Source: a virus (lineage: Duplodnaviria; Caudoviricetes). Taken from it: a stretch of DNA of 64,000 nt. The notes under the pieces were generated by a model. The model had not been told where the DNA came from. It made no database searches and saw nothing but the letters and a program-made list of their open reading frames with translations. The position numbers were made by a program, and so were the translations under genes. Below are positions 8,850 through 17,870 of this stretch, one piece after another; position 1 is the stretch's first letter, and the number at the start of each line of letters is the position of its first letter. The DNA is taken from IMG/VR virus record IMGVR_UViG_3300017909_001085, positions 32,001 through 96,000 of that record; one strand, given 5' to 3'.

Positions 8850-9439
8850 ATATCTGACCTTTCTTTTACACTATCAAAAAAATCCTCTTCAATAGCAAAA
8901 CTAACTGAACATCTTGGACCCGTAATACTTGGGCAGTGTTTCCACCATTTTGGAATATATATCATATCATTTGGATATAGTGTAAACTCTTCTATCACAT
9001 CATCTTCATCTATTCCTTGCTGAACTTTCCAAAGGGTTTCGCCTTGTATTTGCCATATGTAAGTATGCATATCATCATTATGAAAATTAAGTCCATCACT
9101 TTCTGCAACAAGAGAAACAAATAAATGACAATTTACTCTATGTCTAGTTTTATCAATTAGATGTTTTTCTTCTATAATTTTTCTCACATATGCAACTTGA
9201 GGTATTAACTCTGCATTATGTGTAGCGAAAGAAGGAAATATATTAGTATCATTATCAACTTCAATTTGATTTTGTGATACTAATCTAACTGCACGACCTG
9301 ACTTAGAAATAACTTCTGACCATTCTTTTGAGTTTCTATAATCAACCGATGCCTGAAAATTCTGAACTATGTCAGACCAGTCAAATCGCTCAAACTGCAT
9401 TTGTCCTATCTCGCCAATTTTTGGTAACTCATGCCACAT
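8846..9439 (-). CDS. JmjC/cupin-4 type oxygenase
   Basis: FHNDD, IWQIQGETLWKV, LYPNDMIYIPKWWKH, RCSVSF. Confidence 0.8.
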   Translation of the reverse strand: MWHELPKIGEIGQMQFERFDWSDIVQNFQASVDYRNSKEWSEVISKSGRAVRLVSQNQIEVDNDTNIFPSFATHNAELIPQVAYVRKIIEEKHLIDKTRHRVNCHLFVSLVAESDGLNFHNDDMHTYIWQIQGETLWKVQQGIDEDDVIEEFTLYPNDMIYIPKWWKHCPSITGPRCSVSFAIEEDFFDSVKERSDI

Positions 9440-9962
9440 CTGGTAACTTTAACTTTCCCTCTTTAATGAGTTTCTTTATCTTCTTGTCTCTTGCTTTGAT
9501 GCCTCTATCAAGCACCAACTTAGATGCTCTCTGTGTAAAGTCAATACCCATCATGTGGTCCATCTCATGCAAGAATATTCGTGCAGTCAATCCTTCATAT
9601 TTCATTTTTTTGTTCTCACCATTCTCATCATGATATGATACTACGCAAAACTTAGGTCTACGAATAGATAAGAACAAACCAGGCCATGTCAAACAACCTT
9701 CTTTCAGATGTTCAAGTTCAGGACTCATAGTAAGCACTTGTGGGTTGAATACATTTACACGAAAATCATCTTTACCCATAACGAACACTTTAGCATCAAT
9801 ACCAACTTGATTAGCAGACAGACCTACGCCGTTGTAGTGTTTCATATTGAACCACAACTGGTCAGCAAGTTCTTTCGGATCCATAAATGGATTATCAAAA
9901 TCAAATGCCTTTGGTTTGTATAACGCATCATTTGGTGGCGTTAATTCTAAAACTTTACTCAT
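9429..9962 (-). CDS. def: Peptide deformylase
   Basis: All three PDF motifs present: GVGLSANQVG, EGCLT, HEMDH. Probable start is MSKVL at 9962. Confidence 0.95.
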   Translation of the reverse strand: MSKVLELTPPNDALYKPKAFDFDNPFMDPKELADQLWFNMKHYNGVGLSANQVGIDAKVFVMGKDDFRVNVFNPQVLTMSPELEHLKEGCLTWPGLFLSIRRPKFCVVSYHDENGENKKMKYEGLTARIFLHEMDHMMGIDFTQRASKLVLDRGIKARDKKIKKLIKEGKLKLPDVA

Positions 9963-10075
9963 CAAGATACCTGTACTGCAATATAAAGACAAATAGCAAT
10001 AATAAGTAATTTACCATAGTCTAAATCAAAATCAGTACCTTCACCAATTTTTTCTTTTATCTCACTAAACTTCAT
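9962..10075 (-). CDS. Small protein with C-terminal hydrophobic segment, 37 aa
   Basis: Manual translation MKFSEIKEKIGEGTDFDLDYGKLLIIAICLYIAVQVS. AGGAG RBS; TGATG overlap with the def start. Confidence 0.65.
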   Translation of the reverse strand: MKFSEIKEKIGEGTDFDLDYGKLLIIAICLYIAVQVS

Positions 10076-10499
10076 CGTTTTCTCCTTCTATAGTAATATT
10101 TAGGCCGGTGTTTATAAAGATTTCACAATCAGTGTCTTCCCAACCTAATTCATAAACACCATCAAAACTATCTTCATCAAATGCTGTTTCAAACTCATCA
10201 AGCATCTCTGCAGTTACATCTTTTGAACCTTCAAAGTCTAACCATACACCATCGTCAAGATAGTCCATCTCAAGACCTTCGTACATGTCAGGTTCACAGA
10301 CACCGTTTTCGCTGTCTTCTCTAAGTTCTTGCAGTTCGTCTGCAGTTACTTCACCAACCCATTTACCCCATCGCCAACCTTGGTCCATAGTAATCCAGTA
10401 TTTGTGTTCACCCTCTTCTTTATAAAAAGTAGTCAATTCACTGATTGCTTTTTTGTTGTCTGGTTCTACGCTAATTTTATACAATTTTTCTTCGCTCAT
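10065..10499 (-). CDS. Acidic hypothetical protein
   Basis: 144-aa ORF whose start overlaps the g46 stop; GWRWG motif. Confidence 0.7.
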   Translation of the reverse strand: MSEEKLYKISVEPDNKKAISELTTFYKEEGEHKYWITMDQGWRWGKWVGEVTADELQELREDSENGVCEPDMYEGLEMDYLDDGVWLDFEGSKDVTAEMLDEFETAFDEDSFDGVYELGWEDTDCEIFINTGLNITIEGENDEV

Positions 10500-12211
10500 G
10501 ATACTAACCTCGAATAGTTGTTTGGTTTGTCAAATCTCAATACATTTGTAAACTTATCAAACAAGGTGTCGCCTTTATGTGATATTACAAATGCGTTGAT
10601 ACCGTTATCCATAGTATTTAGGATTTTCAAAAACTCTTCTGTACCGTTTGCATCTAGCGAACTGTCGAATACTTCATCTAGAACAAGAAGGTTGGTATTA
10701 GTTGAGTTTTTCATCTTAGCAATAATACGCCAAGTAAATAGAAGTGACAAGTCAATACGCAACTTCTCACCTTCTGAGAATGATGCATAACTAAAGTCAT
10801 CTCTATGTCTAGACTTGATTGTTTCTTTGAATGAACCATCTAAATTGAACTGAACAAAGAAGTCAAGTGCTTGTAGAAAGTGATTTACATAATGATTAAT
10901 CACTGGTAGATACTGATTAATAATCTTAGTCTTGATACCAGTATCTTTGAGAAGATTTGCAGATATCTCTGAATAGTAACGCTGGTCGTTCAACTCGTTT
11001 TTCAAGTCTGATACTTTGCGTTCTTCTTCTTGCATATCGGTTAGTTTTTGAATATGTTCATCTGCATCTGTCAGTTGTGCATTAGCAGTTTCAATCTCTG
11101 TATTCCATTCTTCAATGCTACGATTATACGTCTGAATATGAATATTTCTTTCGTTGATATCATCTTGCAGAGTTTGTATTTGCGAGTGTACTTCTGTGAT
11201 TTCAGACATGCGTTTGCGAACTGCTTCAAGTTCTGACTTTAACTGCAATTGTGCAGTGTCAAACTCTACTAGTTTTTCTTTTCGTTCTGCAAGTATATTG
11301 CTTTTGAATGTCTCATCAATAGTTTGCTTACATGTGCCACACTCATCATTCTCATTATAGAATGTAATATCGTTTGCAACTTTTGTCGCATTTCTTTTTA
11401 ATTGTTCTCCGATTGAGTTGAACTTTTGATACCTTTTATCTGTTCTGCTTTCATCTTCAATAGTTCCTCGTAAGTCTCGTATCCTGTCAGTTCGTTCTGT
11501 GATTTGCTCTTGGTGTAGTTCAATTGCATCCTTCGCCTTGACAATTCGTTGTTTAATTTCCTCTGTCGATTTCTTACGCTGTTCATCTAGTCTCTCCAAG
11601 TAATCTTGCTGTAGGTCAATTTTTTGTCGAACCACCGACAGATTGCTTTCAGCATCTTTGTACTCTTGTGCTACTTCTAACAACTCACCTCGCAGAATAT
11701 CATTCATACGACTGAAGATTTGAATATCAAGTAAGTCTTCGATAATCTCTCTTCGTTGTGGTGCTGGTAGTTGCATGAAAGGAACAAAAGATGATGAACC
11801 AAGTACTACAATCTGAGTGAAAGACTTATAGTTCAATTTTAGAATTTGTTTTTCTAAGAACTCTTGATAGTCTTTTGTTGCGGCGTCTTGGTTCACCAAA
11901 ACATTATTTTGATAGATTTCAAAGATAGCAGGTTTCAACCCTCTTCGTACTTTATACTGTGATGAACCAATACTAAACTCGACTTCGACAAGTGCATCTT
12001 TTTGATTGATTGAGTTTACTAACTGACCAATCTTAATTTTACGAAAGGGTTTATTAAACAATGCAAAACATAATGCATCGATAAATGTTGATTTACCTGA
12101 ACCGTTTGAACCAACTACGAGTGTCGTTGGTGATTTACATATATCAATCTCGGTAAACGCATTGCCTGTTGACAGAAAATTGCGCCACCTTACATACTCA
12201 AATTTTATCAT
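10496..12211 (-). CDS. g46: Recombination endonuclease subunit gp46 (Rad50/SbcC-like)
   Basis: NFLSTGN, GSNGSGKST, coiled coil with CGTC zinc hook, FSEGEK, LLVLDEVFD, VISH. Confidence 0.97.
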   Translation of the reverse strand: MIKFEYVRWRNFLSTGNAFTEIDICKSPTTLVVGSNGSGKSTFIDALCFALFNKPFRKIKIGQLVNSINQKDALVEVEFSIGSSQYKVRRGLKPAIFEIYQNNVLVNQDAATKDYQEFLEKQILKLNYKSFTQIVVLGSSSFVPFMQLPAPQRREIIEDLLDIQIFSRMNDILRGELLEVAQEYKDAESNLSVVRQKIDLQQDYLERLDEQRKKSTEEIKQRIVKAKDAIELHQEQITERTDRIRDLRGTIEDESRTDKRYQKFNSIGEQLKRNATKVANDITFYNENDECGTCKQTIDETFKSNILAERKEKLVEFDTAQLQLKSELEAVRKRMSEITEVHSQIQTLQDDINERNIHIQTYNRSIEEWNTEIETANAQLTDADEHIQKLTDMQEEERKVSDLKNELNDQRYYSEISANLLKDTGIKTKIINQYLPVINHYVNHFLQALDFFVQFNLDGSFKETIKSRHRDDFSYASFSEGEKLRIDLSLLFTWRIIAKMKNSTNTNLLVLDEVFDSSLDANGTEEFLKILNTMDNGINAFVISHKGDTLFDKFTNVLRFDKPNNYSRLVS

Positions 12212-13275
12212 ACTACTGTATTACTCGCTTCTACATATAGTCTTTTCATATCTGTTTTTATTCTTTCTTTGTCTGCAGTTGTATCAACTTCATCGACATA
12301 TGTGTTAAGTAATGATAGTGTGTCATCTAACTGTAAGTTCTTATCATCAACAAATGTAGCATCAAAATCTGTAAAATCTTCTACAATTGTCAACTCATGA
12401 ACCCCAACAGTATACAACTTATCTATCACTTTGTCAAACTCTTTTGCGTTAATCTTGTTGATTACTACCACCTTTACATAGTGGTCTTTGAATTCTGTCG
12501 CATCAAAGTTTTCGTATGACTTATCTCTATCGTTGTATTCTAACTTCTTGAAAATACTGTATGGGTTTTCGATAAACTCTAACTCTCTAGTCTCTGTATC
12601 AAAAATATGAAACCCACGCTTGTCACCATAGTCAGACCAAGTCATCTGATATGGGTTACCTAGATATGTAATGTTGTCTTGCGTTGATTTGTGATGAAAG
12701 TGACCGCTGAATGCACAGTCAAACTTATTGAATAACTTTCTATCTAGACCGTGGTCAAAGTTTGTGAACCCACGATACATTGTAAAACCTTTGACTTCTA
12801 GATGACCCATGAGAACTTGTGCATCTGTCTTTTCAATCATCTGCATTGTTTCATCATAATTCTCAGGACAAATCCAAGGCACAAAAAGCATCTTACATCC
12901 ATCGAACTCTACTTCAGTTGATTTCTCATAAATCCAAGGTTCTAACTTACCATCGAATGAAGTGAATAAACTATTCATGCTGTTGACTTCATTTGTGTTC
13001 TTGTAGTAAGTATCGTGATTACCTATGATAACATGAGTATCTACACCCATGCTACCTAGTTTCCATACAAAGTCATGTCTAAACTTCTGTAGTGTTTTGA
13101 AGTTGATAAACTTTCGTCTATCTGTAATATCACCTAGATGAATACATGTGGTAATATTGTTCTCTTCTAAGTATGGAAAAAATGTGTTATCATAAAACTT
13201 AAAAAAGTAATCATTAAATACTTCACTATCATTTCTGGCACCAAAGTGTGTGTCAGTTATTAGTGCTATTTTCAT
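12208..13275 (-). CDS. g47: Recombination endonuclease subunit gp47 (Mre11/SbcD-like)
   Basis: ITDTHFG, HLGD, GNHD, SGHFH. Confidence 0.97.
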   Translation of the reverse strand: MKIALITDTHFGARNDSEVFNDYFFKFYDNTFFPYLEENNITTCIHLGDITDRRKFINFKTLQKFRHDFVWKLGSMGVDTHVIIGNHDTYYKNTNEVNSMNSLFTSFDGKLEPWIYEKSTEVEFDGCKMLFVPWICPENYDETMQMIEKTDAQVLMGHLEVKGFTMYRGFTNFDHGLDRKLFNKFDCAFSGHFHHKSTQDNITYLGNPYQMTWSDYGDKRGFHIFDTETRELEFIENPYSIFKKLEYNDRDKSYENFDATEFKDHYVKVVVINKINAKEFDKVIDKLYTVGVHELTIVEDFTDFDATFVDDKNLQLDDTLSLLNTYVDEVDTTADKERIKTDMKRLYVEASNTVV

Positions 13276-14698
13276 ATTCACTGTTCCATTTGTTAATCAA
13301 ATCTTTATGCTTCCATGTAGCATTATCTGTAAACTTATGTGCTTTCGGTAGTCTACCATACATGGATAGAAATTCTTCTACATTCTGTTTTGGCAACATA
13401 TCAAGTGCATAAAACACTTGATTAAAGTTGTCACTACCAAATATTCTCCAGTCCCAACCGACCTGTTCTCCTAAGTCTTCACATACTAACACACGGTCAC
13501 TGTTTATGTCAATAAGTTTTTGCAGATTTACCGGTAAAACTGAATTCTCTACATCTTGCCAGAATGGACTTGTTACTTCACAGTTTACATAATGCAAACG
13601 AATAAACATAAACATCTGTTCGAACATCTGTTGAATTTTATCATTATAACCCTTTTGTGCTTCAGATGTAGTTGAGTTTACATACTTCACTAACAGTTTT
13701 GCTTGTTGCAATCCAACACCAATAGCAGTTGCCTCTAAGGGTTCAAAAAAGTGTGATGATAAACCAATCAATACAACATTTTTATGAAAAGTCTTATTAT
13801 AGTGACCTGCTTCAAACTTAAATGTTCTACCTACTTTTGGTTCAAACCCTAATTTTTCTGTGACTTCTTTTACTGCATCTTCATATGAGATGTGCTTTGA
13901 ACTGTACGCATATCCATTACCCATTCTTTCAGATGTAGGTATACGCCACATCCATCCTGCAGACATCTTTTGTGCAGTTGTGAAAACAGGATAGTTATCA
14001 CCCTCATGAGGACACTGAAATGCAAAAGCACTATCTACAAACATGTCATCTTGCTTTGAAATGAACTGAAACTCTGAAATTTCATTTGCAATAAGTCTTT
14101 TGAATCCAGACGCATCGACAAATAATTCTGCTTGATATTCTGTAGTTTCACTTTCTATGCTTGTTACATGTCCATCATCATGATTTACTTTTGTAATCAA
14201 ATCATCGTAAAACGCAATGCCTAACATTTTACATCTCTTATGTAACCACTTATTCAGTTTTTGAGTATCAAAATGAAATTGATTAGGAAGACTATCTTTG
14301 TCATCTACACGCTGTTCTAGATAATTTGGTGGCAGTAGTTCTAAGTTAGATAACCCATATGCCATACCTGCCATTTGGTCAAAGTCAATACCTTGTTCAT
14401 TTGTATCAGTTACTAGAGAGTGTACATAATCTTCACCTTCTTTAACCCAGTCTTTGAAATGAACACCGAACTTAAAAGTTGCACCACACTCTTGAACTAT
14501 CTCTTTGTGTTCTACACCTAACAGATGCATAAACTGCATCACATGTTCAGTACTACTCTCACCAACACCTACAATACCAAGTTCTGATGAACCTACAACA
14601 TATACATCTAGACCAGGTAATGATTTTTTTAGATATATTGCGGCAAATAAACCTGCATTACCTGCCCCCAATACACATACAGTTTTTCTATTTAACAT
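13253..14698 (-). CDS. Flavin-dependent halogenase (tryptophan halogenase family)
   Basis: GAGNAG FAD motif, GVGES, GATFKFGVHFKDW (position of the catalytic Lys), FVDASGF, GWMWRIP (WxWxIP), FFEPLEAT. Confidence 0.88.
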   Translation of the reverse strand: MLNRKTVCVLGAGNAGLFAAIYLKKSLPGLDVYVVGSSELGIVGVGESSTEHVMQFMHLLGVEHKEIVQECGATFKFGVHFKDWVKEGEDYVHSLVTDTNEQGIDFDQMAGMAYGLSNLELLPPNYLEQRVDDKDSLPNQFHFDTQKLNKWLHKRCKMLGIAFYDDLITKVNHDDGHVTSIESETTEYQAELFVDASGFKRLIANEISEFQFISKQDDMFVDSAFAFQCPHEGDNYPVFTTAQKMSAGWMWRIPTSERMGNGYAYSSKHISYEDAVKEVTEKLGFEPKVGRTFKFEAGHYNKTFHKNVVLIGLSSHFFEPLEATAIGVGLQQAKLLVKYVNSTTSEAQKGYNDKIQQMFEQMFMFIRLHYVNCEVTSPFWQDVENSVLPVNLQKLIDINSDRVLVCEDLGEQVGWDWRIFGSDNFNQVFYALDMLPKQNVEEFLSMYGRLPKAHKFTDNATWKHKDLINKWNSEYENSTNN

Positions 14699-14700
14699 GA

Positions 14701-15249
14701 CTACTCCATAAATTCGTCTAACGCACCTCTGCGTTCTTTCTTTTCTTTCTGTATTTCTTTTATTTCTTCAACTTGCTTATCATCATACATGTTATCTTGT
14801 AGAAACTCTAGATACTGATTTGTATACTGACCATCATCATGGTCGTCAGTAAACAGACTTTCATCAACAACCATATTCTGAATAATCTTTTGCTTCAGTT
14901 CTGTTTGTTTCTTTTCTTTTTGTATTCTTCGTAGAAATGCATAGTAAATAATCTGTGTAAAATAAGCGAACGGATTCTTCGATTTCTCAGGATTAAAATT
15001 GTGTAAATACATTAAACAATTTTCGATACCATCAGATATCATATCATGTTTATATGTATAATTAATAAAGTTTGGTCGATATGATAAATGCTGTGCAATC
15101 TTCAAAAAACATTCGCCAATATATCTAGTTACTGGTGGTGTTTCTTTACCTGCTGATTTTGCCTCATCAACTTTTGCTCTATATTCGATTAGTGCTTCTA
15201 AGAACTCTTTGTTGTTGACATAGTGTTCTCGCTTCTTCTTTTCTGCCAT
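14701..15249 (-). CDS. g55: Late transcription sigma factor gp55
   Basis: HYVNNKEF, YRPNFINYTY, DGIENC, NPFAYFTQI, AFLRRIQKEKKQ. Confidence 0.97.
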   Translation of the reverse strand: MAEKKKREHYVNNKEFLEALIEYRAKVDEAKSAGKETPPVTRYIGECFLKIAQHLSYRPNFINYTYKHDMISDGIENCLMYLHNFNPEKSKNPFAYFTQIIYYAFLRRIQKEKKQTELKQKIIQNMVVDESLFTDDHDDGQYTNQYLEFLQDNMYDDKQVEEIKEIQKEKKERRGALDEFME

Positions 15250-15268
15250 AATATCTCCATAATAACTA

Positions 15269-15297
15269 TTGACAACACCTACTTAGGTGCATATAAT
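15269..15297 (+). promoter_or_regulatory. Perfect-consensus sigma70 promoter, antisense to the surrounding genes
   Basis: TTGACA-17 nt-TATAAT. The spacer holds the palindrome CACCTA-CT-TAGGTG. Confidence 0.65.
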
Positions 15298-15322
15298 AGG
15301 GGTGTTCCCCTTTCAGAATAAC

Positions 15323-15796
15323 TTAATGTTTTGTTATCTTGTGCTTGTTGTACATATATTCCTCAACTTGACTTGTTTCATCTAGACTATCATCTAGACC
15401 TAACCTCTCGTTAAGGTCATCAACAACGTCTTTCAACTTTCTCAATCTTCTTGCTTTCATTTCATAATCATCTTCAGGTTCATCCATTCTTTCAACAGGT
15501 GTTGATTTCAATCTTTCTATGATAGTATGATAGTAATTTATAACATCATCTCTAGGCATTGTCACGGTAATAATGTTACTCTTTGCAACATGAAATATTT
15601 GATTTTCTGAGAATGATTCCCAAGGTCCGAATGTTGCATTTTCAAATGCACCCTCACCATTATCTGATGGTGACATCCACTTATGAATTCTCACAGGTTC
15701 TATAATTGTAGCATAGTTCTTTTCTTCATCTACTCGTAATTTACATACGAGACTTTCACCATTTGTTAATTTTATGAGTTTAATTGGTGTTGTCAT
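15323..15796 (-). CDS. Conserved T4-like hypothetical protein between uvsW and g55 (Sm-like N-terminus)
   Basis: IKLIKLTNGESLVC...PW...; synteny with marine T4-like phages. Confidence 0.75.
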   Translation of the reverse strand: MTTPIKLIKLTNGESLVCKLRVDEEKNYATIIEPVRIHKWMSPSDNGEGAFENATFGPWESFSENQIFHVAKSNIITVTMPRDDVINYYHTIIERLKSTPVERMDEPEDDYEMKARRLRKLKDVVDDLNERLGLDDSLDETSQVEEYMYNKHKITKH

Positions 15797-17244
15797 ATCT
15801 TTACCTGTATAGTTTTATATTTGAACTTCTCTTCATTATATATCTTTATTCTTTCAACGGCATGTTCTAATGTGTAGTTTCTGTGATGTTTCCAACTCAA
15901 GTCATCTGATATATCAAATAAAGTTGCTTCATTTTTATTTTCACCTAACCTAAGACCACGTCCAATAGACTGTAGATTTCTGATTTTTGACTTACTAGGG
16001 GAAGCAAAAATGATATTATGCAAATTACGAATATTAATACCAGTAGAAAAAGTCCCGTAACTTGCAACGATAATAGCATCAGTTTCTTTCTCGGTAATAG
16101 CACGAATTTCTTCTCTATCATTTGCTGAGACACCTCCGTATACAAAGAATACTTTTCTATCAAGAGATTTGTCTTTGATGAGGTCATACAACACTTTACC
16201 ATGCTTCTCTACATACTGAAATAACAATAGAGAGTTACCTGATTGGTCTAATGCTAAGTTCTTAATAAAATTATTTCTTGGTGCGTATGATACTAAAAAG
16301 TCCATTTCTTCTTGATATGAAAACTTCTTACAATCTTTCTTCACTTCTTCTGAATAATTCAACATTAAGCACTTAATATTTAGTTTAGCAAGTTGACCAT
16401 CTTTCATCAATTGCTTCGATGTCGTAAATCTACGAACAGGTCCAAACAAACCCTCTAGCATCAACTTATGAGTTTTTGTACCGTCAAGAGTACCAGTTGT
16501 ACCGAAACGCATGACAGCATTCTCTGTTTTCTCCATAAGTGTTTTTAGACTTGTTGCTTTGAATAGATGTGCTTCATCACCAATTACCATTTTATACTCT
16601 GCGAACCACTTCTTTGGCAATTTATATACTGATTGCCATGTAGTGATTACAATTCTTTTGTCGGTTTCTTTGTCATGACCAGAATAAATTCTATGACAGT
16701 TTGCTTCTACGTCATACCCATAATCTGCAAAGTCTTTGTACATCTGTTCTACAAGAGATGTTGTAGGCACAATAATCAATACACGACCTGATGTACCTAA
16801 CTGTGTAAGACCATAGATGATGAGTGATTTACCAGAACCAGTAGGAGAAAGCATAGTCAATCTTTTATCATTGATACCATCACGAATAGCATCTACTTGA
16901 TAGTTTCTGGGATTGAAAGGTAGTTTCAAATCAACTAATGCTTTTACTACATCTTCTGTTGAAATGTTCTGCTTCGGTATGACACTATCTTGACCTACAA
17001 GATGATATTCTCTCTGCTTACAGAACTCTTCTAAGTGTGTCATCAACCCGATATAGAGTTGACTTGTCCACATATTGAACAAGCGTATCTTACCATCCCA
17101 CTGTCTAGTTCTAAAAGATGGCATGAACTCTGCGCCAGGAACTTTGAATGTAAAGTAGTCTGACAACTCGTATTTAATACCAGCGTCATCACAATCTACA
17201 GTCATGAACACTTCGTTAATTTTTGTGACGATTATTGTATTCAT
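15793..17244 (-). CDS. uvsW: UvsW DNA helicase
   Basis: PRNYQ, SPTGSGKS, DEAH, GTTGT, STGINI, QSIGRGLR. Confidence 0.97.
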   Translation of the reverse strand: MNTIIVTKINEVFMTVDCDDAGIKYELSDYFTFKVPGAEFMPSFRTRQWDGKIRLFNMWTSQLYIGLMTHLEEFCKQREYHLVGQDSVIPKQNISTEDVVKALVDLKLPFNPRNYQVDAIRDGINDKRLTMLSPTGSGKSLIIYGLTQLGTSGRVLIIVPTTSLVEQMYKDFADYGYDVEANCHRIYSGHDKETDKRIVITTWQSVYKLPKKWFAEYKMVIGDEAHLFKATSLKTLMEKTENAVMRFGTTGTLDGTKTHKLMLEGLFGPVRRFTTSKQLMKDGQLAKLNIKCLMLNYSEEVKKDCKKFSYQEEMDFLVSYAPRNNFIKNLALDQSGNSLLLFQYVEKHGKVLYDLIKDKSLDRKVFFVYGGVSANDREEIRAITEKETDAIIVASYGTFSTGINIRNLHNIIFASPSKSKIRNLQSIGRGLRLGENKNEATLFDISDDLSWKHHRNYTLEHAVERIKIYNEEKFKYKTIQVKI

Positions 17245-17374
17245 CTGTTATATCAACAAAACTTTGATATGTAGCACCACAATTGATACATACATAATCT
17301 TCAGTCAAAGGTCCTTCTTCACTCTCAAAATAATATTCGCCACATACTGAGCATTGATAAATTCTAGGTATCAT
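17216..17374 (-). CDS. Rubredoxin-like small protein, 52 aa (two CxxCG knuckles)
   Basis: Manual translation MIPRIYQCSVCGEYYFESEEGPLTEDYVCINCGATYQSFVDITDEYNNRHKN. TAATG coupling to the uvsY stop; fills the uvsY-uvsW gap. Confidence 0.75.
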   Translation of the reverse strand: MIPRIYQCSVCGEYYFESEEGPLTEDYVCINCGATYQSFVDITDEYNNRHKN

Positions 17375-17817
17375 TACATTACTCCGTTTGTAAACTTATG
17401 CCATTCAATAGCATGTTTGATGTCAAACCCTCTACTACTAATGCTACGCAATATTCTTTCTAGCGTATCTACTATAGTCTCCCAATATGCAATTCTATCT
17501 TTCTTCTTAATTAAATCAAAGTCGCCATCTAGTTGCTCATCCATTTCATTCTTGAGAGGTTTCGCACCTAGATATTGTTCCCATCCTAAATCATCTAATT
17601 CTTTTTGAGACAACTCACCACGATAATATCTCCACTTATATCTACGCAATTTGTAATAGTCGCTACGCTCTTTTTGTAGATTGAGTTTAGATGTGGATAA
17701 GATTGTCAGATACTTTGCATGAAGATTTGGCACATTCAATGCTTCTTTGTCGAGATTGATATCATCAATCTTAGCATCTTCTTGCCACATTGTTTGTATC
17801 TTATCTAAATCTACCAT
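17374..17817 (-). CDS. uvsY: UvsY recombination mediator
   Basis: W..DAKID, LHAKY, YYRGE, RGFDIKHAIEW. Start moved to ATG 17817 because of the GGAG RBS and the promoter position. Confidence 0.92.
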   Translation of the reverse strand: MVDLDKIQTMWQEDAKIDDINLDKEALNVPNLHAKYLTILSTSKLNLQKERSDYYKLRRYKWRYYRGELSQKELDDLGWEQYLGAKPLKNEMDEQLDGDFDLIKKKDRIAYWETIVDTLERILRSISSRGFDIKHAIEWHKFTNGVM

Positions 17818-17840
17818 TATTGCTCCATTCAAATGTACAT

Positions 17841-17869
17841 AATATAACACTAACTACATCAAATGTCAA
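17841..17869 (-). promoter_or_regulatory. Sigma70-type promoter for the uvsY-uvsW-g55 operon
   Basis: TTGACA-17 nt (ending TG-T)-TATATT at the boundary between late and early genes. Confidence 0.7.
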
Positions 17870-17870
17870 G

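Noticed and set aside
17818-17850. ORF-track upstream starts for uvsY (also def 9992, g47 13281, VWA gene 3268)
   Set aside because: Downstream ATGs have better RBS or coupling; the longer uvsY start overlaps its own promoter.
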